A program made the translations under genes and the position numbers. The notes beneath the pieces are model-generated. The model saw only the letters and a list, made by a program, of their open reading frames with translations. It was not told where the DNA came from and did no database searches. From Antedon mediterranea (taxonomy: Eukaryota > Animalia > Echinodermata), in contig NC_092670.1 of the NCBI RefSeq assembly GCF_964355755.1, forward strand, positions 16,912,795 to 16,976,794: a stretch of DNA of 64,000 nucleotides, written 5' to 3'. Of the stretch, positions 11,777 through 26,700 are shown piece after piece (the stretch's first letter is position 1; every line of letters starts with the position of its first letter).

Positions 11777-14700
11777 CTATGGATCTGGTATGTTTGGATG
11801 TGATGGGCCACTCCTCTCCCATGCATTTGATGGTGTTCTAGGAGGTGTGTTGTTAACATGTCGATCTGCAATCATTTCTTGTTTTTCTTTATGTGCTTTC
11901 TGATGTCCACCTTTGATTCCTGGATCAAGCTTGTTGAGTCTCATCAGCAAAAAGTGTTTGTCACGGCCTTCCTGTAAAATAAACAATTTTAAAGAAATAA
12001 TCAAGAAAAATGATGCTACATTTCTACTGGTGACGAAATGTGGCAAAATATGAGGGAAAATGTATTCAGAATTTTCTAGACAGTGGAGTGGTTTGTTGAA
12101 CATGAGTTTTTTCCCGGCTTATAAAAGAATTAGAGAGATTACATATCCCTGCTTAAATGCTGTGATTTTAATTAGATAGGTAAACACTGTACAGTATGAC
12201 ATCAACAATGTCTATGGCTGTCATTCAATATGTTATTAAATTAGGTGCTCAGAGAATGAGCGAATACTTGGCAAAATTCAAAGCGTGACAGAGGGCATAT
12301 TTCGGTTCATATTGAAGATGCATATATCTTTTTAATAAGCTTTGTGAGCATATACTTATAACTTACCATTATAAGCTGATCTTTCAAGAGAACAATCATC
12401 TCCGTGTGTGCAGATGCTAGTGCATGGTGGTAGTACAAAATTAAGCTAAATACAATTAAACAAAGACAAATTTGTACATTAGCAAACTTATCCAATCATA
12501 TTTAAACAAGATTATTTTCGTAGTCAATAAATTCGCAGAAGCCGTAATATCAATTAACTGTGAATCTATAATAGATAATGTATTGTAAAATCAATCAGAT
12601 TACAATACTTGAATATGCAATATTGATTACCAATATTCTGTGATGATACTTAGCACAAACGATATATCCATAAGTACACACTTATAATTTATGCTACCAA
12701 AGGTTTGAGAAGTTTATAAAGAATTGGCAAGTTAGCTGTTCCAGTAATAAAACAAGTTTTGTTTTTCCTTGAATATAAATTCAATTCATTAAAAAACCGC
12801 CAAAAATGAAGAAAAAAAAATCAAAATCATAAAAAACAATACAATATACAATGACAAAACACTTCTAAAGCTCAGTTTACACTATCAAATTTTATGTGAA
12901 AAAAATGATGTGCCCATATATGGACATGATGATGTCATATCACTACCATATTTGGGCATATCACTACCTTACTTGGGCACATCACACTTTTTTTGACAAA
13001 CTAGTTTGATAGTGTAGAGCTTTAAAATTCAAAATAAAACAAACTGTATTGAAATAATAGATAGATATTTTTTTTTTCTTCCCCTTATATTTATTTTAGG
13101 CAAGCCAAGATAATTTATGAGCACTGTAATTTCCATTTATATTGGACAATAAATGAATCTGTATCTAAATATTGTTACAATAATAAACTCACCATAAGAC
13201 GATAGTGAATGGCACAATAAATGCCACAGAGCCTATAAATTGTGTTATTTCTCGGATAACCAACGGCCAACGATTGACAGCGTCCTCTAGAGATTGCCAC
13301 ATATATTCTGTATCGCGGAATGGACCACAACCTCGAGACGGCAGCACTCTAAAAAACAATAATGTATATAATATATTAATTTGATATCAATGTTTTATTT
13401 TTAAATCATCACTTTTAGTATCAAACCATGTTACTTAATTTGTATCATGCTATATATCTTGATGTTTTGTCGCACCTTTCATTGTATTGAGTGACAGTGA
13501 TGAAAATGGTGTATGTAAATAATTAATCATTATTAAATCATCATTATTATTAGACCAATAATACAGATGAGTTGATCTACAATATCTGTTATAAAATAAC
13601 ATACTTGACCATTGAGTAGCCAACAGGAATAACACACAGCATAAATGTTATAAGCAAAATGACCATGAAGAAGTTGCCAGATCTTGAAGCTCGATAAGGC
13701 CGATTTGACGGTATCATATTGTATAACAAACTCCACTTCTTAAGGTAAAAAAAGATGATGCACTTGAGCAGGCAGATGGAAGGAAGAAGTGGAGAATAAA
13801 ATGATCCAACCCTGTAAAAAAAAGAGAGAATTTTGTATTATTGTCATAGATTACAGTACACCTAGTCTTAGATAAGAATCTATAACATTGTTAGTGTGAA
13901 AGTAGTACTGTAGCGTGTCACTCATTCTCCTGGAATTCATGTGGTTGGCCATACTTAACTAATGTAGACTATAGGCTGTAACCACTAAGGTGTCAACTCC
14001 TAATAATTAATTGCCTTATTTTATGGAATTGGTATCTAATAATTACTTGGGTGTGACCTTAATGGATACACCAGCTCTTGGGAGGGGACAAGTAGGGTCA
14101 CTGATAAGTCACCTTACTAGACTCCTTAAATAGTCATGTATATTTTGTAATTAATACTTGTAGATTAATACAATTTGGAAATAACTTGAACTGACAGCTA
14201 CAACTTAATCACTCTCTGTGTACCTGTAGTGTAAATAAAGTACAATTGAGAGAATTTAACAACAGTCTGTATTATATGCATTTTTAACAAATTTTATTCT
14301 AAATGGTTTTTAATACAATCAGTGCAATAGGAGACCTATTAGATAGTGATTAAGTTTGCTTTTTAGGAATATAGTCTCTGCCTGGTTATGTGTAATGTTT
14401 TCTTGTTCTTTGTCCTTTTTTTATTTTATATTATATTTTTATGGAGACAAAATAAATGAAATGAAAGTCTGTGTCATCATTTATATAAAGAGTGCTAGAG
14501 TACAACTTACCAACAAATAGCTTGTGAATAAACAATAGCAAGTACATTTTTAGGAATCTCAAACTCCATCTGACCCAGGGCTTTAGCAATGCCAAAATGA
14601 AAATATTTTGCTGCTAGTCTATAAAAAATAACATACAATTGTAATTAATTCAGTCATAATTAAACATTAAGTAGAACCCCTAATAAGAGGCCACATCCGG

Positions 14701-17700
14701 GACCCTTAATAGGTGTGTCCACTTAATAGGTGTGTCCACTTAATAGGTGTGTCCCCTTAATAGGTGTGTCCCGTTAATAGGATTGGTTGTAGTGTTAACA
14801 TATATTTCCTCTCATTAATTTTATGGGAAAGTGTTCCCTTAATAGGTGTGTCCCCTTAATAGGTGTGTCCCCTTAATCGGGGTGTCCCCTTAATAGGTGT
14901 GTCCCCTTAATAGGTGTGTCCCTTAATAGGTGTGTCCCCTTAATAGGTGTGTCCCCTTAATAGGTGTGTCCCCTTAATAAGTGTGTCCCCTTAATAGGGG
15001 TGTCCCGTTAATAGGTGTGTCCCCTTAATAGGTGTGTCCCCTTAATAGGGGTGTCCCAAAAGAAAGGGGTTTCTCCTGTAGTAATCAAATTATTAATACA
15101 TATTTCAATGAATGTCTTGGTAGGGGTGATTTATTTCATCTTTACCATTCAGAAGTCCCAACTTAAAAAAAATGAAAGATCAGGAAGACTTTATAATAGC
15201 ATGTAGAGGATGCTATATTGAGAAAATGATATCCAATCATAGATGGCGCTATTCAAAAAAAGGCGTCAGCATCTATACCAAACAATTGGATGGAAGGTGA
15301 TTTCCAAGCATGACATGTGACTCAAATAATTATATATTCAGAATTATCAACCTTTAATTCGAATTAATATCTAAAAGTTTTAGAATTTTGATCAACTCAC
15401 TTTCTAGGAAACTCCCAAAAGACTACAACTCCAACAACAGCAACAAAATCAGTGATGCAAAGTTTGTAAAACTGCTGGCCTATGTAAGTCTCCCAGCACT
15501 GTGGTAAAGAGACAACAAAAACAGTAATAAAAACAACAATTGGAAAATGGGAATCTCACTATTGATATAAACAACTTAAAGAAGCTAACTAATACACAAA
15601 CATATTATTAGATTATGTTGCACATGCCCAGAAATACCCCATCATTATGAACTGCAATTGGGACTATCCAAGCCTATATATAGCCAAGCTATATGACTAT
15701 GGACTTCCTTCAATAGCCATTCTTTAACACCCAAGGCCTAACATTAAAGAGAAATGTCCACCAAAACAAAACATATCAATTTACATATATATTTACTATA
15801 AAGCTCTGTCTACACTATTAAACTAGTTTAATTAAACTAAACTAGACAAAAAAAGTGTGATTGCCCAAATATGGTAGTGGTATGCACAAATATGGTAGTG
15901 ATATGACATCATCATGTCCATATTTGACCACATCACATTTTTTTGTCACATAAAGTTTGATAGTGCAGACAAGGCTTAATAATATAAACAACAGACTCAC
16001 CCTTAATCCACTGCTTGAACAGAACCGGCAGGATTCATCTTTTTCGTTGTCTTCACAGATAATTTGAGGATAGTATGAAGCAATAAGCACAGCCAACGAA
16101 GCCAGTCGCAATAATACAGTTCTAAATGAATAAAAAGTATGATTATTACAAATGGTGATTTCTCTAAAGTATTGTATTTTGTTTGATCTACTAAACTAAA
16201 CTACGAATTTTACCTCATGTTTTCAATTACTTATGGAACTACCAAAATAATAGATTCAAAATGTGCTGTGATATAGTGAATATCATGGGAAACATTAAAC
16301 ATATTCCACTCATATGTTGATCTATTGATTTGTTGTTCTATTTACTATTTAGCCCTTCTTAAGCTCTGTTTACACTATCAAACTAGTTTGACAAAAAAAA
16401 TGTTATGTGCCCAAATATGGTAGTGATATGCCCAAATATGGTAGTGATATGATATCATCTTGTCCATATTTGGCCACATCACATTTTTGTTGTCACATAA
16501 AGTTTGATAGTGTAGACAGAGCTTTAAGCTGTCTACACTATCAAACTTTATGTGACAACAAAAATGTATATGGACACAATTATGTCATATCACTACTATG
16601 TATATGTGGGCATATCACTACCATATTTGGGCACGTCACACTAGTTTGATAGTGCAGACAGAGATTAACACACTCTCAAACATTAAGTTATGAATAAATG
16701 AATTACCTTGATAAAGTGAGGTTGATTTCAAACTGTGGACTGTACTCCTCAAAGCGAACGAGTACGTTGAATATCATGGGAATGATGGCATTTAATATAG
16801 TGATGGAGATGGAAGGAAGGTAGCTGATGATCAGTGATGCAAAGCCATTGCTTGTAATGGCTGACTCGTTTTCATTCTGTAAATGTGGACAGGGAAATAT
16901 GCAATATGACAGTGATCACAATGATAATGAATGGTTCATGAATGAGGCTTAAAGCTTGAAAAGCAATATATACCGATCTGCTGACATTATTATTTATATA
17001 ATACTAATTATCTATATAAATTACTAAAAAACGACAATGATATGGGTATTAATGGCTTGATCTCAATGGAGATACTATAAGCAATGAACATCTACAACAG
17101 CCAGAAAGAAGTGCTAGGCTTTCAGAAAACACTTTTCCTTCATAAGGGCTAATTATTATATGCGTTTAATAGTTATATGTTTGTGAGTGTGATGTTAGTA
17201 GTGGTGACACTGTTAGCCGGAATTGACAAATTTATTTAATATCTGTTTTTTCAATAGAGAATTTAGTATTATAAGTTTAAGAAAATATAAATAAAGCAAT
17301 ACTTTATCTTTTATTTAGCATTACTAAAGTAAGCTAACAAATTATAAATATGACAGTATTAAATGCATAGAATTATCTTCAAAATGTGCAGCGGCTGCTT
17401 TTAACGACATATTCTACTGTATATAAGCATATAGCACATTTGATATACACATTGACTGATCTATAACAATTTTAAAAATACAAACTTAATTATAAGAAAT
17501 ATAAGCATATTTTACAGCATAGTGTTATAAAAATATTGAAACTAGTTGCTTTAAAGATTGAGACTGACAATGTGAATTGGTATTACTTTTGTATTTGCTT
17601 AAAAATGAAATAAGTGAAATAAGCTTACAGCAATGAGCAGATACTTACCAGTAACTTAAGTACAAGGAATGCAATGTTTGGAATTTTAACGATAATGGAA

Positions 17701-20700
17701 ACATTGAGTTTATATTCAGTAATGAGTTTTTGTGCTATGAATAAAAAATTTTTTTAATAAAAAATGGTTTACAGTTTACCAAATAACTTAAAATAAAAAT
17801 TATTGATTTATTTTATACTAAACACAATATATAATAATAGGATAATTTGGTTTTAACATGGACTTATAAATAAATAATTTTATAGATCCATGGTTTTATT
17901 GTAAGCATTTACTTATTACGTACCATTTAGACCTTTCAATAATTATATTGTAAACATATGAGATATAGAATATTAAGTGAAATTACCAAAACTGCCAACT
18001 CTGAAGTGAAGTAGATAAGATATCCAGCCCCTCCTAGGATCACAAATACGAAGAAATTGATGAGCAAACGAACAAGAAACAAACAGATTTTTTTACTGAA
18101 TGTTCGTGACTCTCGTTTAAGAATAAGACGCTCTTCTTCCAAAGCACTCTGTTGATGATGAAAAAAATAGTGTTAAGTTTTATGAATAAAAAGATGAAAT
18201 ATTATTTTAATACACACGTTTTAAAACTTTATTGTTTACACTGTATATAGTTTATATAGTTAATTTATGTATTATAACCAGAGATGATAAGTGTCACAGT
18301 ATAGGCAGGGAGTTGTACAACTCCCTGGTATAGGCATATGTTATATTGATTCGGTTCACGTTTGTGCACTTACCTATCTTTTTTTTAACCATTGTTTTAT
18401 GTTTTTAAAGCATTGTCTACACTATCAAACTTTATGTGACAAAAAAATGTTGTGTGGTGCCCATATATGGACAGGATGATATCATATCGCTACCATATTT
18501 GGGCACATCAAACTTTGTCGAACTAGTTTGATAGTGTAGACAGAGCTTAAATCATGTTTTTTGTAATGTAGATTTAATTAGCAATAAAATAATAAGATTA
18601 CTGTAATTAATAGCAATATAATAAAACTCTTCTCAACATGACCTGTGTATTTCCTTTGAACAGAGCCAAAATCAGTCCTCATTATAATGGCGCCATCTAA
18701 CATTCTCATAAATTTATTGTTCTAAAAATCCCGGCACAAACACACACAAGAGGTTACTTACTGTAAGATCATAATGAATACTACGATGTTTAAGATAAGC
18801 ATTGTTGCCGTCGTTTAACGAGCAGTCCCAACTTCCAAATACTTTGTTACAATATTTATAGTAACGGTCTTCCTGATTGGCTAGATTCTCTTTAAACCCC
18901 TGGCCAGTGCTTTTAGGAGGAAGTAAATAAAAAATAAAACATTATTACAAATGACACAAAGGTTAACAATTGATTTCACTTGTTAACATACCCCATAGAG
19001 TTAGAAAGTGGAGAAAAACAAACTATGACCTCATAGAAATTACTATCTCTATGGTAACAAATAGAATTATATTTTATGTGCTCTTGAATAGCTACACTAT
19101 AGAAAGTGTGTGAGAGTGAGAGTATTCAATTTTCAACAACTTAAGTACAAATTATGCTTAAGCTCTATCTACACTATCAGACAAATAAAAGTGCTCAAAT
19201 ATTGTAGTTTTATGCTTAAATATGCTAGAGCACATCACATTTATTTGTCACATAAAGTTTGATTGATAGTGTAGACAGAGCATTTGTCCTCTACTCTAAT
19301 GCAAAATATAATACAGTCGACTACCCAAATACAAGATTTTCTTAAACTCTGTCTACACTATCAAACTTTCCACAAAAAATTGATAGTGTAGACAGAGTTT
19401 AAAAATGGTAACTCTCCCACAACCAGACATTTTGGTCCCAAATTATCATTTACAGTACTATTAAAAAACCATTTGGAATACTAGAATTTATGGAGAGTTG
19501 ACCGTTAAAATTAACTTACTATCGAACCATCAGTAAAAGACTGAGAATAAAATAGCTGATGGAGACCAAGAGGTAAGCCAAAGGAAGGTTGTAAGTGTGA
19601 TCTGTGTTGTCACTGATACTTAGATTAGATGGTATATAAAAACCATAGAATAACGCTGTCTGTTCCATCCAACCCTGCAAGATATAAGGCAACAAATCAA
19701 TGAAACAAGCAATAGTAAACAATAATAGTCAAACTAATGTAACCTTATCAATAAAGACAGTCATACATTTCAAATGCATTACTTATTCCTTGCACCACAG
19801 AGGAATTATTTAGATAAAACAAAAGAATAAATAAATAATTCCTCCAAGCTATTAAAGAGGGAACATCAATTGATATTTTTAAAGAAAGTCTAAGCAACAT
19901 CTTTTTATTTTGGCAGGATAGGATAGACAGGTGTCTTTTTCACTTCGAGCTCCTGTGAAAACTGTTCCGGCGAACTTTTATATGGGAGCTTCAAAGTGCT
20001 GGAGAACGGAGCGGTGTAAATGGTTCCTCTGCTTTTCTTCCCTTTTTGGTTATCTTAGAATATCTTATGGATCATTTTTGTGTGTTGGATAGCATTGTAT
20101 TAGGAGCTATATAAGACCATTATTATGTAAATTTAATTGAAATGTTTTGATGTATCAGAAGAGCATTACTGAGATGGCTACTATACTAAAAGAAAACTAC
20201 AAATAAGTAAACTTACTACAGTAATCAATCAGTATCAATCCCAACTTATGAATCAATTTTCTATTCAATTTATTGATAGATCAATAAACCTCAATCAATA
20301 TGTTGATCAAATAACATAATTTTATTTTTGTGAGAAACTATGAATGCATAGGTTTGTTTGAATAAATTTAATCATCATATCTTTTATATTTCTGGACTTA
20401 CGGTTCCTTCGAAGAAGTCAAGTAGTAATTGAATTCCAGAATCATTAGATACACTACTTTCATAAAGTACATCACAAACTACAGAGAGAAAAAAAAGAAG
20501 ATTAATTATAACTTTTTTTTCTCTTTTTTTAATATAATTTAATCAATCAATTACTCATAAACACTACACAACATTGAAGATATGTATTCATAACTTGTGA
20601 CTTGTTTTATATGAAAAACTAAAAATAACCAGAGATAATAAGAACAGCCAGATGAGTTCTCTTAGGCAAAAACAAATAATAAAATCAATACATAACAGAT

Positions 20701-23700
20701 GATACTCATAATTATTTTGATAATACTATAAAAGTTGTCTGTATATAATCAATATAGTTAACCTGGAAAAATATTACAAGACCCAATTATCTTGTGTGGA
20801 ACTAGGAATATTTTAATATTTGCTCATCATCATAATCTGGTCCAATATAATATTAATAGTATAATCGATAATGGAGATAAACACGATGCTTGTGGTTAGA
20901 TTATTGAAATTATTATAATGGTAGGAGGATTTTTTTCCTAATTCTAAAACTCTAAACTAATACTTACCATCATTTTCAACATTGCTATTACTATTTAAAG
21001 CAACTTGAGGGATGACGACAAACAAGAACATGAGAAGGAAAATGTAGATGTTAAGAAACATCATCCATTTTAGAAATACAAAATAGGAAACAACAGCTGT
21101 ACCAAACTTTCCTGAAAAAACAAACAACTGTTTTAAAAAAGGTTTTCTTGTTAATGGTCATAAAAAGTAACATAGATTCTAAATTTTTGCTTTGAATTGA
21201 CTGTTACAGCTCTTCTGTGTAAATTAGCCTTACATTAGTTAGCAATAACCATGTTTTCAGTTGCACAAATTACCTATGCTACAAAAAATGATTTTCTTTC
21301 AACTGAGTTTTCTTCTCTTTCTTTTCTTCAACAACCAATGAAAATTAAAAACGTCAAACAAAATAGAAACATTTCTTGACTCTCATATATTTACCTTCGA
21401 CCTCTTTGATAGATGACCTCCAGAGTTCAAACCAAAGCAACCCATCTGATACTTTAAACTTCAAACGTTTCCATTGCTAAGGCAATTAATCATTAAAAAA
21501 ATGTATTTGAAGTTTATAATGAAGTTTGTGTGTGTTAATCTTAACATATCGTCATCGCTGCCCAACCATCATTTATCATCATAATCTGATCATCCTTATT
21601 CATCCATCATAATCTGATCATCCTTATTCATCCATCATAATCATCATCCTTATTCATCCATCATAATCATCATCCTCATTCATCCATCATAATCATGATC
21701 CTTATTCATCCATCATAATCATCATCCTTATTCATCCATCATAATTATCATCCTTATTCATCCATCATAATCATGATCCTTATTCATCCATCATAATCAT
21801 CATCCTTATTCATCAATTATAATCACCATCCTTATTCATCCACCATAATCATCATCCTTATTCATCCATCATAATCATCATCCTTATTCATCCATCTTAA
21901 TTATGATCCTTATTCATCCATCATAATCATCATCCTTATTCATTCATCATAATCATCATCCATATTTATCCATCATAATCATCATCCTTATTCATCCATC
22001 ATAATCATCATCCTTATTCATCCATCATAATCATCATCCTTATTCATCCATCATAATTATGATCCTTATTCATCCATCATAATCATCATCCTTATTCATT
22101 CATCATAATCATCATCCATATTTATCCATCATAATCATCATCCTTATTCATCCATCATAATCATCATCCTTATTCATCCATCATAATCATGCTCCTTATT
22201 CATCCATCCTAATCATCATCCTTATTCATCCATCATAATCATCATCCTTATTCATCCATCATAATCATCATCATCCATATTTATCTATCATAATCATCAT
22301 CTTTATTCATCCATCATAATCATCATCCTTATTCATCCATCATAATCATCATCCTTATTCATCTATCCTAATCATCATCCATATTTATCCATCATATTTA
22401 ATCATCATCCTTATTCATCCATCATAATCATCCTCCTAATTCATCCATTATAATCATCATCCTTATTCATCCATCATAATCATGCTCCTTATTCATCCAT
22501 CATAATCATCCTCCTTATTCATCCATCATAATCATCATCCTTATTCATCCATCATAATCATCATCCTTATTCATCCATCATAATCATCATCCTTATTCAT
22601 CCATCATAATCATCATCCTTATTCATCCATCAAAATCATCATCCTTATTCATCCATCATAATCATCCTCCTTATTCATCCATCATAATCATCATCCTTAT
22701 TCATCCGTCATAATCATGATTATAATAAACATACCCGGCTCATTTCAAATCGCCATGCTTTAAATCCAGTATCTGCTTTTAGTTTTGTTGCTCCATATTT
22801 ACGTCTGAAATGATAAAATCATTGTTATTTTATGGTAAACAATCAGCATCAAATTGAGTTGGTTCTCTATCCTACACCTCAAACAAACAGAAGTAAATAA
22901 ATATAGTAATATTTTTCATTCATATCTTACTATATATATTTTATTTAATTAAGTTTATGTACAAACCCAAAAAAAATATTAGAGCAGTAGACAAACATCC
23001 ACTCAGCAATTTCTTTCTCGAAATATTTACATGAAATTCACTAGTACTGCATATTATTAACTAACTGTCAAATACACAGTTGAAATGGAGAACCCTAAGC
23101 AAAAAACTAACATACTGTAAAGATGCTAACTCCCACCTTAACTGTATCTTAGGAGAGAATTTAATTGTTTAATTTTGTATGTTTGATGCTTATTTTTAGT
23201 CGCATGCAACGCGACTCTACAGCTCACTATGTCGGTCGTTCGGTCTGTAAACCCTAACTTGAGCACGAACTGCAGCCATGTATATGACCTTGTTCACGAA
23301 TGGTAGGGAATACTGTCTTAGTAATCTAAACTCCGAGTTCTTTAAATCAATAATGAATTGAACGTTAAACAAATCTTTTTATATCACAAATGTATTTACC
23401 ATGGTTACGCTATTGTTTAATTTACGTATAAACGGAGGAAAACGCTTAATTCAAGTACGTTCATCTAATTAGGGTAATTTTCAATTGTCGATGTTGTAAA
23501 GCAGACTTGAATTTCTAAATAGTACTACTTTATAAAATTTGATTTGGATAAATTAATGTAAACTAAGAATTCTAGATTATTGCCCCCCCCCCCCCAACAA
23601 CCTGAAAAATATAGATTAATATAATATAATAAACTTTGAATAAGCCATTTTGCAGTTAATCACTTTTTGTAGATTGCTAATTACAAACACTAAAACTGGA

Positions 23701-26700
23701 ATTCAAACAATCTAACAATAACGTTCAAATATTAACCAAAAAAAAAAATTGTTCTTTCTATTATATCATGCTATATCTATGCACATTCAATAATGTTAAC
23801 ATTTACAGTTTTCATAATATTAATAAAGATATTTTTGTAATGGTAACTAATTCAGGAAGCTATCTTCACACAATTTTCATAACGATCAATACAACTTGAT
23901 TAAGTCAAATATTTTCTAGATTAAAGGCATTAATTCATTCAATGTTGGCATAGAAACAGAAATAAATATTATTGTTGTTGCTTGCAGCTTTCAAAGAAAG
24001 CCATCTGTAAGTAATGAATGCTCACACAAAGCTGTTGTTAAATTGTTAGATATGAAGGTCCTCACATATAATATGAAGGTACTGAAGGACTGCTGTGATT
24101 TTATGACCCTATTTGTATCACAATCATATTGTACAATATTATTATACAAGTTGTATTAATCAAAGGGTTTACATTTTTGTCAACGTCATCCATACTATTA
24201 ATAATTGATCACATATTGTACTGTATTAAGACTATATTAAACTTTTAAACAAATTTTTACCAATTGTTTTAAAATTTGTAATTTAGTGTTTTATGCATTT
24301 TTATTGTATTGTAACTTCTAAATTTTTAAAACTTAAGTTTTGTGCAATATTGTGTGTGTACTCTGTTTTTTAAAATATTTTATATTCATCTGTTATTATC
24401 GTATTAATATTTGAAAATCTTTAAGATGAATTTTTATTATGATAATGGACAAATAAAGCATTTCAGTATTCAGTATTGGTTTTAGGTATAGTATTGACTT
24501 GAGCACTAACTGGTTTGTGAAAAGTAATTGTTTAAAGGTTTGTATGGTAAATAAACACTAGTAACGTTATGCCTGAGGTTCACCATGTGTTTGTAATGTA
24601 AGAGGAAAGAAAAGAAAGAAAGAAACGAACGTCTTCAAAAGAAAAGTACTGTAAGCCTTAATAAATAGGATTTTTTGTTGATTTCAAATGTAACAACAAA
24701 GCATGCTCAATGGTGTGTGAATTCACTACTAGGTGGTACACCTTAACAAAAGCTAATTTCCATAACACAAGATTTTGTTGTCTAATCATTGCTTCATTGA
24801 TTTCAAAAGAGGGATTCTTTAGAAAACCGAATACACAAGAATTTGTGTACATTTGATAATTTGCATGAAAATGGATCCTAAAGTATTTATAGTAACATCA
24901 TTCGATACCATTAACTTGTGGGTGAATCACTATGAAAGTGCCTGTAGTGTAAATCAATATCATTGACTTTTCAAAGAACTGAGAATATGTTTTTTTTAAA
25001 AAATAAGATCAAACCTGACATATCCACAGTTTGCACATGGAGTATAAAATATGTATGATTACAACTGACACTGTTTACCATTCTCTTTTTGCTTAGAAAT
25101 ATAAGTGACATTTGATATAAAGATCAATTTCCATTAACAATTTGTTATAAGTTACTGTAAGCTCATGGGATGCATAATCGAATGGGGATCCTTTTAGTTT
25201 ATTTACTTAAATTGTATTTATTAGTTACTGCATAATGTTATTGAACACATATCCCACTAGAGGGTAAAAATTAAAATATTTTTTACTCTTATTTTTATAA
25301 GAAAACTGAAAGAAACAAACTATAACTAGAGGGTACTCCGAGAGTACAAACCTCCGGCTACTGTAAAATTCCCCTACATAAAATTCCCCCCGAAAATGGT
25401 TACATTTTCTTTATTAGTTCTAAAGTGTAAATAGGCTAACTGCACACTACAAAGTAGTGGATGAGAGTTTGGTGTAATGGTTATGTATCCAGCCTCTCAC
25501 AGTTGAGGTCTCTGGTTCAAGTCCAGCTGAGGTTTTTTATTATTTGTTATTTTTTTTTTGTGGACCTTGATCTTTAACCCTGACCCTTCAAAATGTAACC
25601 ACATTTATATGATGAGTCATTGATCATTGTGGCTAAGTTTGGTGAGAATTGGATAAAAACTGTGGTCTCTAGGCAGTAAAATAGTTTTTTGTTAGTTGTG
25701 ACCTTGACCTATGACCTTTTCCCCTCAAATTCGAACTCGTCTGAGCTTTTGAGGCATAGATCATTGTGTCCAAATTTGGTGAGAATCGGATGAAAACTGT
25801 GGCCTCCAGGCTGTTCACAGACACACACACAAACACACACACACACAAACATACAGGGGTGAAAACATAACCTCCATGGCGGAGGTAATAACATTATGAT
25901 GCAGTATTTATATAAGGTCCAGTATATGAGAAAGTGAATATACAGTAGTTGCATTTCTAGTGTAGTAGCTTGGATTAGTCTGTCAATCAATCAACAGTGT
26001 AATTTGGTACAGTAGTATTTCCTAGTCAGAAATTGGCACTCATTTAAACACAGAACTCATTAGTATGAGCAGGGAGTTGTTATTTTACAACTCCCTCAGG
26101 GTATGAGAGGATTGTTTTCTTAAGTGTAAACACTAACATTTATAACATGTGGATCATAATGATTATGATATAATTAGAATAGTAAAGGCTTTTAATGTCA
26201 TATTATATTACATGTAGTTTACAATATTAAAGAAAAAGCTGTAAACTCAGCCTACTGTAGTTACTGTATAATTAAATTAAAACACATTTTTTAAATGTAG
26301 TAAATACAAATAGAATTCTGTTCACTTATTGGGTATTGCTACACTGCACAATACCCACCGAATATCAATCATTACTAATAAAAGTATGTGCATAATATGT
26401 AAATTACATTTGCATAACTCCAGATGTGAAGACTATTTTATTCAAGGACTTAATAAAAAAATGTTGTTTTAATTCCAACCAAAATATGTTTACAAAATAT
26501 GAAATGTTATAATTGATATAAATTAGCTGTATTGTTGTCTATACCGAAATTAATAAAATAATACTTAAAGACCCTTTCCCTGCAATTTTGGACGTTTTTT
26601 GGAAAATAATACATATATATCACTTTAAAAACATTAAACCATGTCATTCCTTGTCTTAAATGTACGTTTTATGGTAAATTATGATAAAAAGTGAGAAACA

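Noticed and set aside
25460-25532. Functional tRNA gene
   Set aside because: Acceptor and anticodon stems do not pair properly, and it lies inside a transposon.
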